Source of the DNA: Hydrurus foetidus
Lineage: Eukaryota
NCBI GenBank assembly: GCA_900617105.1
Contig: UYFQ01000001.1
Location: forward strand, 4,650,001-4,714,000
Reading direction: 5' to 3'
DNA: 64,000 bases
Shown: positions 39,258-48,133 of the stretch, one piece after another
Layout: the number at the start of each line of letters is the position of its first letter
Numbering within the stretch: position 1 is the first letter of the stretch
Notes under the pieces: generated by a model
Seen by the model: the letters and a program-made list of their open reading frames with translations, nothing else
What the model was told of the DNA's origin: nothing
The model's database searches: none
Position numbers and translations under genes: made by a program

Positions 39258-39746
39258 CTAAACAAAGCCCAACACAGCCTCAGTTTCAACGCATCGTGCG
39301 GTTGCAGGATGGCGGCAGCCGAAACCGTCAGCAGCGCCAGTAAAAGCTCATCAGGTACATCCCGAGCCCGCCGCAGATCATCAAAGCACAGTAGATCGCC
39401 CACAACCCCCCAAACCGATCAGTTTGCCCGGTCAAAAGTGCCCTTCGCCCAACAAATACAGGCGCATGCAGCTACGAATTCAATAGTAAACAACACCGTC
39501 CTAGCCGCAGACAGCCAGATCAACCTGCTAGCCGCCAAAAACGAGTCCAACCAAATCAGCAGCAACTCCAGCACCAGCGGCTCCATCGGCATGAGCGTAG
39601 GCAGTAACCCTGGCGTGACCGTAGCCGCCTCAAAAGGCAAAGGCAAAAACAACGGGGCAGACACCACCTACACCAACACCACCCTAACCGCAGGCAACCT
39701 AGCCACGATCAAAAGCAGTGGGGATTCAATGGCGACTGAAAAGTAG
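39258..39746 (+). pseudogene. Second orphan cdiA remnant (leader plus short FHA-2 fragment, no toxin)
   Basis: 39258-39487 is colinear with 36446-36675, with CTA in place of the ATG. 39575-39716 is a 142-bp near-copy of cdiA 33962-34103. Confidence 0.8.
39434..39487 (-). repeat. Family-A motif in orphan remnant 2 (FAQQIQAHAATNSIV)
   Basis: GCCCAACAAATACAGGCGCATGCAGCTACGAATTCAATAGT. Confidence 0.8.
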
Positions 39747-39863
39747 GATGTTGCAGGCTGCCATTGGGGCAAGAAAACCTCGGTTTTTGTGGGTTCTTTT
39801 GCGGGTACTGCAAAAAACAAAAAAGCCGCCAACCCAGTGGGAATGCGGCTTTAAAGCGTTTTC

Positions 39864-39953
39864 TGGCGGAAGAGGCGGGATTCGAACCCGCGGTAGGTAT
39901 AACCCTACGTACGCTTTCCAGGCGTATGACTTAAACCGCTCATCCACCCTTCC
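39864..39953 (-). tRNA. tRNA-Ser (GGA)
   Basis: GGAAGGG/CTCTTCC acceptor stem, anticodon arm TACGC-CTGGAAA-GCGTA, long variable arm, GGTTCGAATCC and encoded CCA. Confidence 0.97.
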
Positions 39954-39998
39954 GACTGTCTGTCATTGTAGCAGTGCGGTCAATGCGGCTGGCAATTT

Positions 39999-40385
39999 CT
40001 ACTGCGCAGCGGCGTGGTAGCGGTGCTTTTCAAGTTGCTCTAACGTCACGAATTTAAGGGCGCTGGCGTGTGTTGACTCCAGCAGCACTGGCGGAGCCAC
40101 GTTTGCCTTGAGCGCTTCTGCCCAGCGGCTGGCGCACAGGCACCACCTGTCGCCGGCCACCAAGCCTTGAAAGCGGTATTCAGGCCGCGGTGTGCTCAAG
40201 TCGTTGCCGCGTTCTTTTGAAAAAGTTAAAAACTCATCGGTCACGCGTGCGCAAATGAGGTGCGAGCCCAAGTCGGACGCGTCGGTTTTGCAGCAGCCGT
40301 CTCTAAAGTAGCCGGTCAGCGGGTCATAGGAGCAGGGCACCAAGGCAGTCCCCAGCACATTGTTGGCAACAAGCGGCTGGGTCAT
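39999..40385 (-). CDS. DUF2237 family protein
   Basis: NVLGTALVPCSYDPLTGYFRDGCC and GDRWCLCASRW. Confidence 0.9.
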   Translation of the reverse strand: MTQPLVANNVLGTALVPCSYDPLTGYFRDGCCKTDASDLGSHLICARVTDEFLTFSKERGNDLSTPRPEYRFQGLVAGDRWCLCASRWAEALKANVAPPVLLESTHASALKFVTLEQLEKHRYHAAAQ

Positions 40386-41299
40386 GTTTTGCTGGTTTGC
40401 ACCATCTTCATTGCAGACGTGATCAAGGCTGCTACGTCGGTCATGTTGCTTGGCACGATGAGCGTGGTGGTCGCGTCTGAAGCCACCCGTGAATACGCTT
40501 CAACTGCTTTTTCAGCGACTTTCAGCTGCACAGCCTGTTCGCCGCCAGGCTGGCGAATAGCATTGGCCACCAACTCGATGGCTTTGGCATTGGCATCGGC
40601 CACGGCCAAAATAGCGGCGGCCTCGCCTTGTGCATTGTTGATAGCTGCCAGTTTTGCACCTTCAGACCGGGCAATAAACGCCTCGCGCTCGCCGGTGGCG
40701 ATGTTGATTTGCTCTTGCCGGCGGCCTTCAGACGCAGCAATCAATGCGCGCTTTTCACGCTCAGCGGTGATTTGCGACTGCATGGCGTGCAAAATTTCTT
40801 TTGGCGGTGTCAGGTCTTTAATTTCGTAACGCAGTACCTTCACGCCCCAGTTCAAAGCCGCCTCGTCAATCGCGGCGACTACTTGCGCGTTGATGATGGC
40901 GCGCTCTTCAAAGGTTTTGTCCAGTTCAAGCTTGCCGATGACGGAACGCAGAGACGTTTGCGCCAGCTGCGTGATGGCCACGATGTAGTTAGACGAGCCG
41001 TAGCTGGCGCGCATCGGGTCAGTGACCTGAAAGTACAAAATACCGTCGACTTGCAGCTGCGTGTTGTCCCGCGTGATGCAAACCTGGCTAGGCACATCAA
41101 GCGGTACTTCTTTGAGTGAATGTTTGTAAGCCAGGCGGTCAACAAATGGCACCAAAAAATTCAAACCCGGCGTTAGAGTGCCGTGGTACTTGCCCAGCCG
41201 CTCAACCACCCAAGCGTTTTGCTGAGGCACGACCTTGATGCTGCGCACAATAAATATCCCCGCCACCACCAAAATAATTAACGCAATTTCAAGTCCCAT
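40382..41299 (-). CDS. SPFH/stomatin-like (QmcA-type) membrane protein
   Basis: VVERLGKY, QVCITRDN, QLAQTSLRSVIG and AEREKRA. Confidence 0.93.
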   Translation of the reverse strand: MGLEIALIILVVAGIFIVRSIKVVPQQNAWVVERLGKYHGTLTPGLNFLVPFVDRLAYKHSLKEVPLDVPSQVCITRDNTQLQVDGILYFQVTDPMRASYGSSNYIVAITQLAQTSLRSVIGKLELDKTFEERAIINAQVVAAIDEAALNWGVKVLRYEIKDLTPPKEILHAMQSQITAEREKRALIAASEGRRQEQINIATGEREAFIARSEGAKLAAINNAQGEAAAILAVADANAKAIELVANAIRQPGGEQAVQLKVAEKAVEAYSRVASDATTTLIVPSNMTDVAALITSAMKMVQTSKT

Positions 41300-41359
41300 C
41301 GTTTTCTCCCTGAGGTTAATTTCACATGCCGACTGCGGCGCAATAAAAAATGAATGCTG

Positions 41360-41788
41360 CTACGGTTTTTCTAGCACCAAGCGGTTTCCCAGCATTTGGC
41401 TAATTCGGAACTGGCCTACTTCGGCGGCTATTGCTGGCGCCGCCATCACTGCCGTCCAGTTGGCGCCGCGATACTTCACGGTAGTGGTGCCGTTCGGCTG
41501 CCATTGCTCTACCTGCACCATTTCGCCGATGTCGATGTGAACGTCTGCGTTGGCGTTCGCTGGCGCCGGTTTGGGCTGCCGACTGCCGCGCCAGTTCCAC
41601 AGCACGACCGCACCGCCGCCCACCAGAGCTGCCGCGAGAATCTGGCCTACCAGCGGGGCACCAGCGTGCGCTGCCAGCGCCCCAGCGGCCATACCGATGC
41701 CGATCATAAGCAGGTAAAACGTGCCGGTAGCCAGCTCAACAGCCACCATGACACCTGCTAAAACCCACCAAACGGTTGCTTGATCCAT
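41360..41788 (-). CDS. NfeD family protein (YbbJ-like)
   Basis: Hydrophobic N-terminus with AVELATGTFYLL and OB-fold VKYRGANWTA. Paired with the SPFH gene. Confidence 0.9.
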   Translation of the reverse strand: MDQATVWWVLAGVMVAVELATGTFYLLMIGIGMAAGALAAHAGAPLVGQILAAALVGGGAVVLWNWRGSRQPKPAPANANADVHIDIGEMVQVEQWQPNGTTTVKYRGANWTAVMAAPAIAAEVGQFRISQMLGNRLVLEKP

Positions 41789-41956
41789 AGCTGTTGCTCT
41801 TTCATTGCTGGTTTGTGGACATCAGACTACATTTTGAGGCAATAACGTAGCTCCACAATAAGGCGTGCAATATATTTCCGTACACTTTGGCTAAGGCTTA
41901 ATAGCCTCAACCGCTAGCTCCACTTTCATCTATCGCCAACCCCGTACACCCTAGCC

Positions 41957-44263
41957 ATGAAATTTCGCTTCCCCATCGTCATCATTGATGAAGACTTCCG
42001 ATCTGAAAACACGTCGGGCTTGGGCATTCGCGCGCTGGCGCAAGCCATTGAAACCGAGGGATTTGAAGTGCTGGGCGTCACGAGCTACGGCGACCTGAGC
42101 CAGTTTGCCCAGCAGCAGAGCAGGGCAAGTGCGTTTATTTTGTCGATTGACGACGAAGAATTCACGCCTGGCCCCGACCTGGATCCAGCGGTTTTAAACC
42201 TGCGCAACTTCATTGAAGAAGTGCGCCGCAAAAACCTGGACGTGCCGATTTACGTCTATGGCGAGACCAAAACCTCGCGTCACATTCCGAACGATATTTT
42301 GCGCGAGCTGCACGGCTTTATTCACATGTTTGAAGACACGCCCGAGTTTGTAGCGCGGCACATCCTGCGCGAGGCTAAAAGCTACTTGGAAGGCGTGCAA
42401 CCGCCGTTTTTCAAGGCGCTGCTTGACTACGCCGAAGACGGCTCGTACAGCTGGCATTGCCCCGGCCATTCAGGCGGCGTGGCGTTTTTGAAGAGCCCGG
42501 TCGGCCAGATGTACCACCAGTTTTATGGTGAAAACATGCTGCGCGCCGACGTGTGCAACGCGGTAGAAGAGCTGGGCCAGCTGCTGGATCACGATGGCGC
42601 GATTGGTGCGTCTGAGCGCAATGCGGCGCGCATCTTCAACGCTGACCATTGCTTTTTTGTGACCAACGGTACAAGCACCAGTAACAAGATTGTGTGGCAC
42701 CACACCGTGGCGCCGGGCGACGTGGTGGTGGTTGACCGCAACTGCCACAAGTCAATCTTGCACGCCATCATCATGACGGGCGCGATTCCGGTTTTTCTTA
42801 AACCCACACGCAACCACTTTGGCATCATCGGGCCCATTCCGCAAAGCGAATTCGAACCCGAAGCCATTCGCGCCAAGATTGAAGCCAACCCGCTGCTAAA
42901 AGGCGTCAAAGGCATCAGCAAAATCAAGCCGCGCGTCATGACGCTCACCCAGTCCACCTACGACGGCGTGCTGTACAACACCGAAACCATCAAAGGCATG
43001 CTTGACGGGTACATCGACAACCTGCACTTTGACGAAGCCTGGCTGCCGCACGCTGCGTTTCACCCGTTTTACGGCAGCTACCACTCGATGGGTAAAAACC
43101 GCATTCGCCCCAAGACAGCGGTGGTGTATGCCACGCAGTCGATTCACAAGCTGCTGGCAGGCATCAGCCAGGCCAGCCACGTGCTGGTGCAGGACTCGCA
43201 AGACGTCAAACTCGACAGGCATTTGTTCAATGAAGCGTATTTGATGCACACGTCGACGAGCCCGCAGTACAGCATCATCGCCAGCTGCGACGTGGCTGCC
43301 GCCATGATGGAGCCACCCGGCGGCACCGCGCTGGTGGAAGAAAGCATCGCCGAGGCGCTGGACTTTCGCCGCGCTATGAAGAAGATAGACGCCGAATACG
43401 GCGACGACTGGTGGTTCAAAGTCTGGGGCCCAGACAAATTTGAGGGCGATGACGCTGGCGAAGAAGGCATTGGCAACCCGAAAGACTGGATCATCAAGGG
43501 CGAGTCACGCAGCGCCAAAACCGCCAAAAACGGCGCGAATAATTGGCATGGCTTTGGGCAAATGGCTACGGGTTTCAACATGCTCGACCCCATCAAGGCG
43601 ACCATCGTCACGCCGGGCATGGACCTGAATGGCAAGTTTGCCAAAACCGGCATACCGGCGAGCATCGTTACCAAGTTTTTGGCTGAGCACGGCGTGATCG
43701 TCGAAAAAACCGGCCTGTACAGCTTTTTCATCATGTTCACTATTGGCATCACCAAGGGGCGGTGGAACACGTTGTTGACTGCCTTGCAGCAGTTCAAAGA
43801 CGACTACGACAAGAACGCCGCCATGTGGCGGATATTGCCGGAGTTTTGCCAAAAGCACCCCAAGTACGAAAAAATGGGCCTGGCCGACTTGTGCCAGCAC
43901 ATCCACGCCATGTACGCCAAGTACGACATTGCGCGGCTGACCACAGAGGTGTACCAGAGCGACCTGCTGCCCGCCATGAAGCCAAGCGACGCGTATGCCA
44001 ACATTGCCCATCGCACCACAGAGCGGGTAGAAATCGACCACCTCGAAGGCCGCATCACTGTCGGCCTGGTCACGCCGTACCCGCCGGGTATTCCGCTGTT
44101 GATTCCGGGTGAAGTATTTAACAAAAAGATCGTGGATTATTTAAAGTTTGCCCGCGAGTTCAATGCCCAGTGCCCAGGGTTTGAGACGGACATTCACGGG
44201 CTGGTCGAGCAGACGGATGCCAAAGGGAAAGTGCGTTACTACGCAGACTGCGTGCGCAAGTAA
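41957..44263 (+). CDS. Arginine/lysine/ornithine decarboxylase (PLP-dependent)
   Basis: WHCPGHSGG, TNGTSTSNK, DRNCHKS, HFDEAW, TQSIHK and PYPPGIP. Confidence 0.96.
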   Translation: MKFRFPIVIIDEDFRSENTSGLGIRALAQAIETEGFEVLGVTSYGDLSQFAQQQSRASAFILSIDDEEFTPGPDLDPAVLNLRNFIEEVRRKNLDVPIYVYGETKTSRHIPNDILRELHGFIHMFEDTPEFVARHILREAKSYLEGVQPPFFKALLDYAEDGSYSWHCPGHSGGVAFLKSPVGQMYHQFYGENMLRADVCNAVEELGQLLDHDGAIGASERNAARIFNADHCFFVTNGTSTSNKIVWHHTVAPGDVVVVDRNCHKSILHAIIMTGAIPVFLKPTRNHFGIIGPIPQSEFEPEAIRAKIEANPLLKGVKGISKIKPRVMTLTQSTYDGVLYNTETIKGMLDGYIDNLHFDEAWLPHAAFHPFYGSYHSMGKNRIRPKTAVVYATQSIHKLLAGISQASHVLVQDSQDVKLDRHLFNEAYLMHTSTSPQYSIIASCDVAAAMMEPPGGTALVEESIAEALDFRRAMKKIDAEYGDDWWFKVWGPDKFEGDDAGEEGIGNPKDWIIKGESRSAKTAKNGANNWHGFGQMATGFNMLDPIKATIVTPGMDLNGKFAKTGIPASIVTKFLAEHGVIVEKTGLYSFFIMFTIGITKGRWNTLLTALQQFKDDYDKNAAMWRILPEFCQKHPKYEKMGLADLCQHIHAMYAKYDIARLTTEVYQSDLLPAMKPSDAYANIAHRTTERVEIDHLEGRITVGLVTPYPPGIPLLIPGEVFNKKIVDYLKFAREFNAQCPGFETDIHGLVEQTDAKGKVRYYADCVRK

Positions 44264-44295
44264 TTCATTTGGCGGTGGGTTTCTGTTTGGTTTTT

Positions 44296-44349
44296 GCTAT
44301 ATATTTAGTAGCTGGTCGCGCCTGTATTTATTGAGTAAGACTATGTTTT
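44296..44349 (+). repeat. Family-A motif, intergenic copy
   Basis: GCTATATATTTAGTAGC TGGTCGCGC CTGTATTTATTG, with a degenerate distal part. Confidence 0.75.
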
Positions 44350-44389
44350 TTACCTCGTTTTTAGCCGTTTTGTGCCCTGAAAGACTGAA

Positions 44390-45154
44390 TTGAACAGCTT
44401 GACGGTAACGGTCATCACCAAAAACGAAGCACACAACATTGCTGCCTGCTTGGCCTGTGTTGCCTTCGCTGACCAGATCGTGGTGCTGGACTCAGGCAGC
44501 ACTGACGGCACCGTTGCTATCGCACAAGCGCTTGGCGCTGAAGTCACCGTCGATGTCGACTGGCAGGGCTTTGGCGTGCAAAAGGGCAGGGCTTTGGCGC
44601 TTGCGCGCTGCGACTGGGTACTGTCAATTGATGCTGATGAGCGCGTAACGCCAGCGTTGCAAACTGAAATCCAACAAGCGCTAGCGGCGCCGCAGTTTGC
44701 TGCTTACGCTGTGCCTCGCTTGTCGAGCTTTTGCGGGCAGTACATGCGCCACTCTGGCTGGTACCCCGACCATGTGGTGCGACTTTTCCGGCGCGGTGAT
44801 GCAAAGTTTTCAAATGACTTGGTGCACGAAAAAGTCATTACACAAGGCAAAGTTGGCAGACTCAAATCTGAGTTGTTGCACGAAACCTATCGCAGCCTGG
44901 AGCAAATGCTCGACAAGTCCAACGCCTACTCAAGCGCCGGTGCAGTCGACCAGTTCTCCAAGGGTCAGTCAGCGTCGCTTGCATCCGCCATCGCCCGCAG
45001 CGCGTGGGCTTTTTTACGTACCTATTTTTTACGCTTGGGTTTTTTAGATGGGCGCATGGGTTTTGTTTTGGCTGTCTCAGTTGCGCAAACTACTTATTAC
45101 AGATACTTGAAGCTGTGGATGCTCAATCGGCAGGCTCGCAGCAAAAATTTGTAG
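44390..45154 (+). CDS. Glycosyltransferase family 2 (LPS core WaaE/KdtX-like)
   Basis: ITKNEA, DSGSTDGT, SIDADERVT, VHE and LGFLDG. TTG start. Confidence 0.9.
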   Translation: MNSLTVTVITKNEAHNIAACLACVAFADQIVVLDSGSTDGTVAIAQALGAEVTVDVDWQGFGVQKGRALALARCDWVLSIDADERVTPALQTEIQQALAAPQFAAYAVPRLSSFCGQYMRHSGWYPDHVVRLFRRGDAKFSNDLVHEKVITQGKVGRLKSELLHETYRSLEQMLDKSNAYSSAGAVDQFSKGQSASLASAIARSAWAFLRTYFLRLGFLDGRMGFVLAVSVAQTTYYRYLKLWMLNRQARSKNL

Positions 45155-45334
45155 GCCAACGCCGCCAAGACTTGCTGTCGTTTCACACGGTTACGAACTA
45201 TTGCGCAGCCAATATTCATTTTCAAATTTAGTCGGATACGCTTTGCTTAAGCTTTTTTTATCATGACTCATGTTATTTAACCACTCGGAACCAATCGTTT
45301 GCCGAGCGCTCTGAAACCTGTACCGCTTTACTTC

Positions 45335-46627
45335 ATGCCCCTAACCCATTCCATTTTGCGTTCCTACTTTCTTCGATGGCTGCTGACTAGCGTGTGTGCA
45401 GTTTGCTTGCCCGCCGCAGCCCAGTTCCGGGTTGAGGTGTCAGGCGTGGGCTTGAGCCAAATGCCTATTGCCGTTGCCACCTTTCGCGGTGAGGCGCAGG
45501 CACCGCAAAAAATCGGCGCGATTGTCAAAGCCGACCTGGAGCGCAGCGGCGTGTTTCGGGCAGTGGACACCACAGGCGCCGTGCTTGACGAAACCACTCG
45601 CCCCGACTTGACTGCCTGGCGGCAAAAAGGCGTTGATTCCCTCGTAACCGGCAGCGTTACCCCATTGGCCGATGGCCGTTTTGATGTGCGGCTTCGCTTG
45701 TGGGATACCGTGCGTGGCCAGGACCTGGGCAGCCAAAACTATGCCGTCAGCGCAGCCGACCTTCGTTTGTCGGCGCACCGCATTGCAGACTTTGTTTACG
45801 AAAAACTGACCGGTGAAAAAGGTATTTTTTCAACCCGTATTGCCTACATTACCAAAGCGGGTGCGCGCTACACGTTGTGGGTTGCTGATGCAGATGGCGA
45901 AAACGCACAGTCGGCGTTAGGCAGCCCCGAGCCGATTATTTCGCCCGCTTGGTCGCCAAACGGCTCACAGCTGGCTTACGTTTCCTTCGAGTCACGCAAA
46001 CCGGTAATTTATTCGCACGACGTTGCCAGCGGCAAACGGCGTTTGATTGCCAATTTTCGCGGCTCTAACAGCGCTCCAGCCTGGTCTAGCGACGGCCGTC
46101 AAATTGTGGCTACGCTCAGCCGCGAAGGCGGCTCGCAGCTTTATGTGATGGACGCAAATGGCGGCGAGCCTCGCCGCCTGACGCAATCGTCCAGTATTGA
46201 CACCGAACCGGCTTTTTCTGCTGACGGCAAAAGCATTTACTTTGTGAGCGACAGGGGCGGTGCACCGCAAATTTACCGCATGTCTGCCTCGGGCGGCAAT
46301 ATCGAACGCGTGACCTTTTCTGGCAACTACAACATTTCTCCGGCACTTAGCCCCGACGGTAAATACCTGGCCTATGTGTCCCGCGTGGGCGGTGCTTTCA
46401 AGCTGCACGTGATGGAGCTTGCCAATGGCACTGCCACGCCAATTACCGACACCACGGCTGACGAAAGCCCCAGTTTTGCGCCGAACAGCCGCCTGATCGT
46501 TTACGCCACGCAGCAGCAAGGCAAAGAGGCTTTGATGACCACCACGCTTGACGGAAAGATAAAAGCCCGGCTGGCCGGTGCCAGCGGAGACATTCGCGAG
46601 CCTGATTGGGGGCCTTTTTCTCGTTGA
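45335..46627 (+). CDS. tolB: Tol-Pal system beta-propeller protein TolB
   Basis: AHRIAD, TRIAY and repeated SPAWSP(D/N)G. Precedes pal. Confidence 0.96.
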   Translation: MPLTHSILRSYFLRWLLTSVCAVCLPAAAQFRVEVSGVGLSQMPIAVATFRGEAQAPQKIGAIVKADLERSGVFRAVDTTGAVLDETTRPDLTAWRQKGVDSLVTGSVTPLADGRFDVRLRLWDTVRGQDLGSQNYAVSAADLRLSAHRIADFVYEKLTGEKGIFSTRIAYITKAGARYTLWVADADGENAQSALGSPEPIISPAWSPNGSQLAYVSFESRKPVIYSHDVASGKRRLIANFRGSNSAPAWSSDGRQIVATLSREGGSQLYVMDANGGEPRRLTQSSSIDTEPAFSADGKSIYFVSDRGGAPQIYRMSASGGNIERVTFSGNYNISPALSPDGKYLAYVSRVGGAFKLHVMELANGTATPITDTTADESPSFAPNSRLIVYATQQQGKEALMTTTLDGKIKARLAGASGDIREPDWGPFSR

Positions 46628-46740
46628 TTTCCCAGCCCAAGCCTTCTCCTGAAGGGTTGGCGAGCTTTCAGCAGTTATTTATTCGCTCGGTAAAGCGTAT
46701 TGCTTGACTGATTTCTTTTATATTTTTATGAGGTCTTGTT

Positions 46741-47280
46741 ATGAAGCGATCTATTTTTTCTGTTTTGCCCGCGTTGATGCTGGCCGCTGCCTTGGCTGCG
46801 TGCGGCTCCAACGTCAAGCTCGACGATGTGCCGGTTGAAAGCCGCACCGGCACTTCTGCATCTACTGCGTCAGGCACTGGCACCGGCACTGCTACCGCCG
46901 TTGCGCCGGTTGAGATCATGTCTACAAGCAATGCAGGCGGCGGCCCGGTTGGCATTGCAAAAATCATTTACTTTGACTACGACAGCTTCACCCTCAAGCC
47001 AGAGTTTCAGAGCGCTGTAGAAGCGCATGCCAAGTACATGGCTGCCAATAAAACCCGCAAGCTGGCCATTGAAGGTCATACCGATGAGCGCGGGGGCCGC
47101 GAATACAACCTGGCGCTTGGGCAAAAGCGCGCCGAGGCCGTGCGCCGTGCGCTGGGGCTTTTGGGCGTGACTGACCCACAGGTTGAAGCGGTGAGCTTTG
47201 GCAAAGAAAAGCCGGCAGCTACTGGCGCTGATGAAGCCGCGTTTGCCAAAAATCGCCGCGCCGAATTGAACTACCGTTGA
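46741..47280 (+). CDS. pal: Peptidoglycan-associated lipoprotein Pal
   Basis: Lipobox LAAC, IYFDYDS, EGHTDERGGREYNLALGQKRA and KNRRAE. Confidence 0.97.
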   Translation: MKRSIFSVLPALMLAAALAACGSNVKLDDVPVESRTGTSASTASGTGTGTATAVAPVEIMSTSNAGGGPVGIAKIIYFDYDSFTLKPEFQSAVEAHAKYMAANKTRKLAIEGHTDERGGREYNLALGQKRAEAVRRALGLLGVTDPQVEAVSFGKEKPAATGADEAAFAKNRRAELNYR

Positions 47281-47287
47281 AAGAGCC

Positions 47288-48088
47288 ATGAAGTCCTCGT
47301 ATCCAGCATCTCACCAAGCTTCTTTTCTCCAGGGCGTTCGCTCTGCCGTTGCTGCCGCTGCGCTGGGTCTTGCGGCGTTGAACGCGCATGCCTTGTTTGA
47401 CGACGACGAAGCGCGCAGAGCAATTCTTGAGCTGCGCCAGAAAGTTGACGCACAGCAAAAGAGCAACGTAGAAGAGCTGAGAAAAGCCAACGAAGACAAC
47501 GCCCAGTTGCGCCGCAGCGTGCTTGATTTGGCCAATCAAATCGAAGTACTGCGCGCAGAGCTTGCCAAGATGCGCGGTCAGGAAGAGCAGCTCGCCCGTG
47601 ATGTTGCTGACGTGCAGCGCAAGCAAAAAGACATGACCCAAGGCGTTGACGAGCGCCTGCGAAAGTTTGAGCCGTCCAAAGTCAGTGTCGACGGCAAAGA
47701 TTTTGTCGCGGGCCCCGCAGAAGTTAAAGACTACGAAGCCGCGCTGGCCACCCTGCGTAAAGGCGAATTTGCGCCCGCGCAAACTGCGCTCATGGACTTT
47801 TTGACTCGCTACCCCAACTCTGGCTACAAGGCATCGGCGTTCTTCTGGTTGGGCAACGCACAGTACGGTTTGCGTGGATACAAAGAGGCGATTGCCAATT
47901 TCAAGTCGGTTGTGGCACTGGCGCCTGACGGGCCGCGCGCGCCGGAAGCAGCGCTGTCAATTGCCAATTGCCAAATCGAATTGAAAGACACCAAGTCAGC
48001 CCGCAAAACGCTGGAAGACTTGATCAAAGTGTTTCCGCAGTCTGAAGCCGCATCCGTTGCCAAAGACCGGCTAAGCAAGCTCAAGTAG
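47288..48088 (+). CDS. cpoB: Tol-Pal system protein YbgF/CpoB
   Basis: LFDDDEARRAIL, coiled coil and TPRs (FWLGNAQY). Follows pal. Confidence 0.94.
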   Translation: MKSSYPASHQASFLQGVRSAVAAAALGLAALNAHALFDDDEARRAILELRQKVDAQQKSNVEELRKANEDNAQLRRSVLDLANQIEVLRAELAKMRGQEEQLARDVADVQRKQKDMTQGVDERLRKFEPSKVSVDGKDFVAGPAEVKDYEAALATLRKGEFAPAQTALMDFLTRYPNSGYKASAFFWLGNAQYGLRGYKEAIANFKSVVALAPDGPRAPEAALSIANCQIELKDTKSARKTLEDLIKVFPQSEAASVAKDRLSKLK

Positions 48089-48133
48089 CCAAGCAGCGTC
48101 TGCCTTGCCTGCCATTGCCTTTAAAATTAGGCG

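Larger units (their letters stand above)
22601..39871. mobile_element. Degraded genomic island integrated at the tRNA-Ser 3' end, carrying a CDI locus
   Basis: Integrase pseudogene at the left end and tRNA-Ser 3' end at the right end. 12/14 direct repeat (22601-22614 vs 39858-39871). 21/26 repeat at 22744-22769 vs 39783-39808. Confidence 0.7.
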
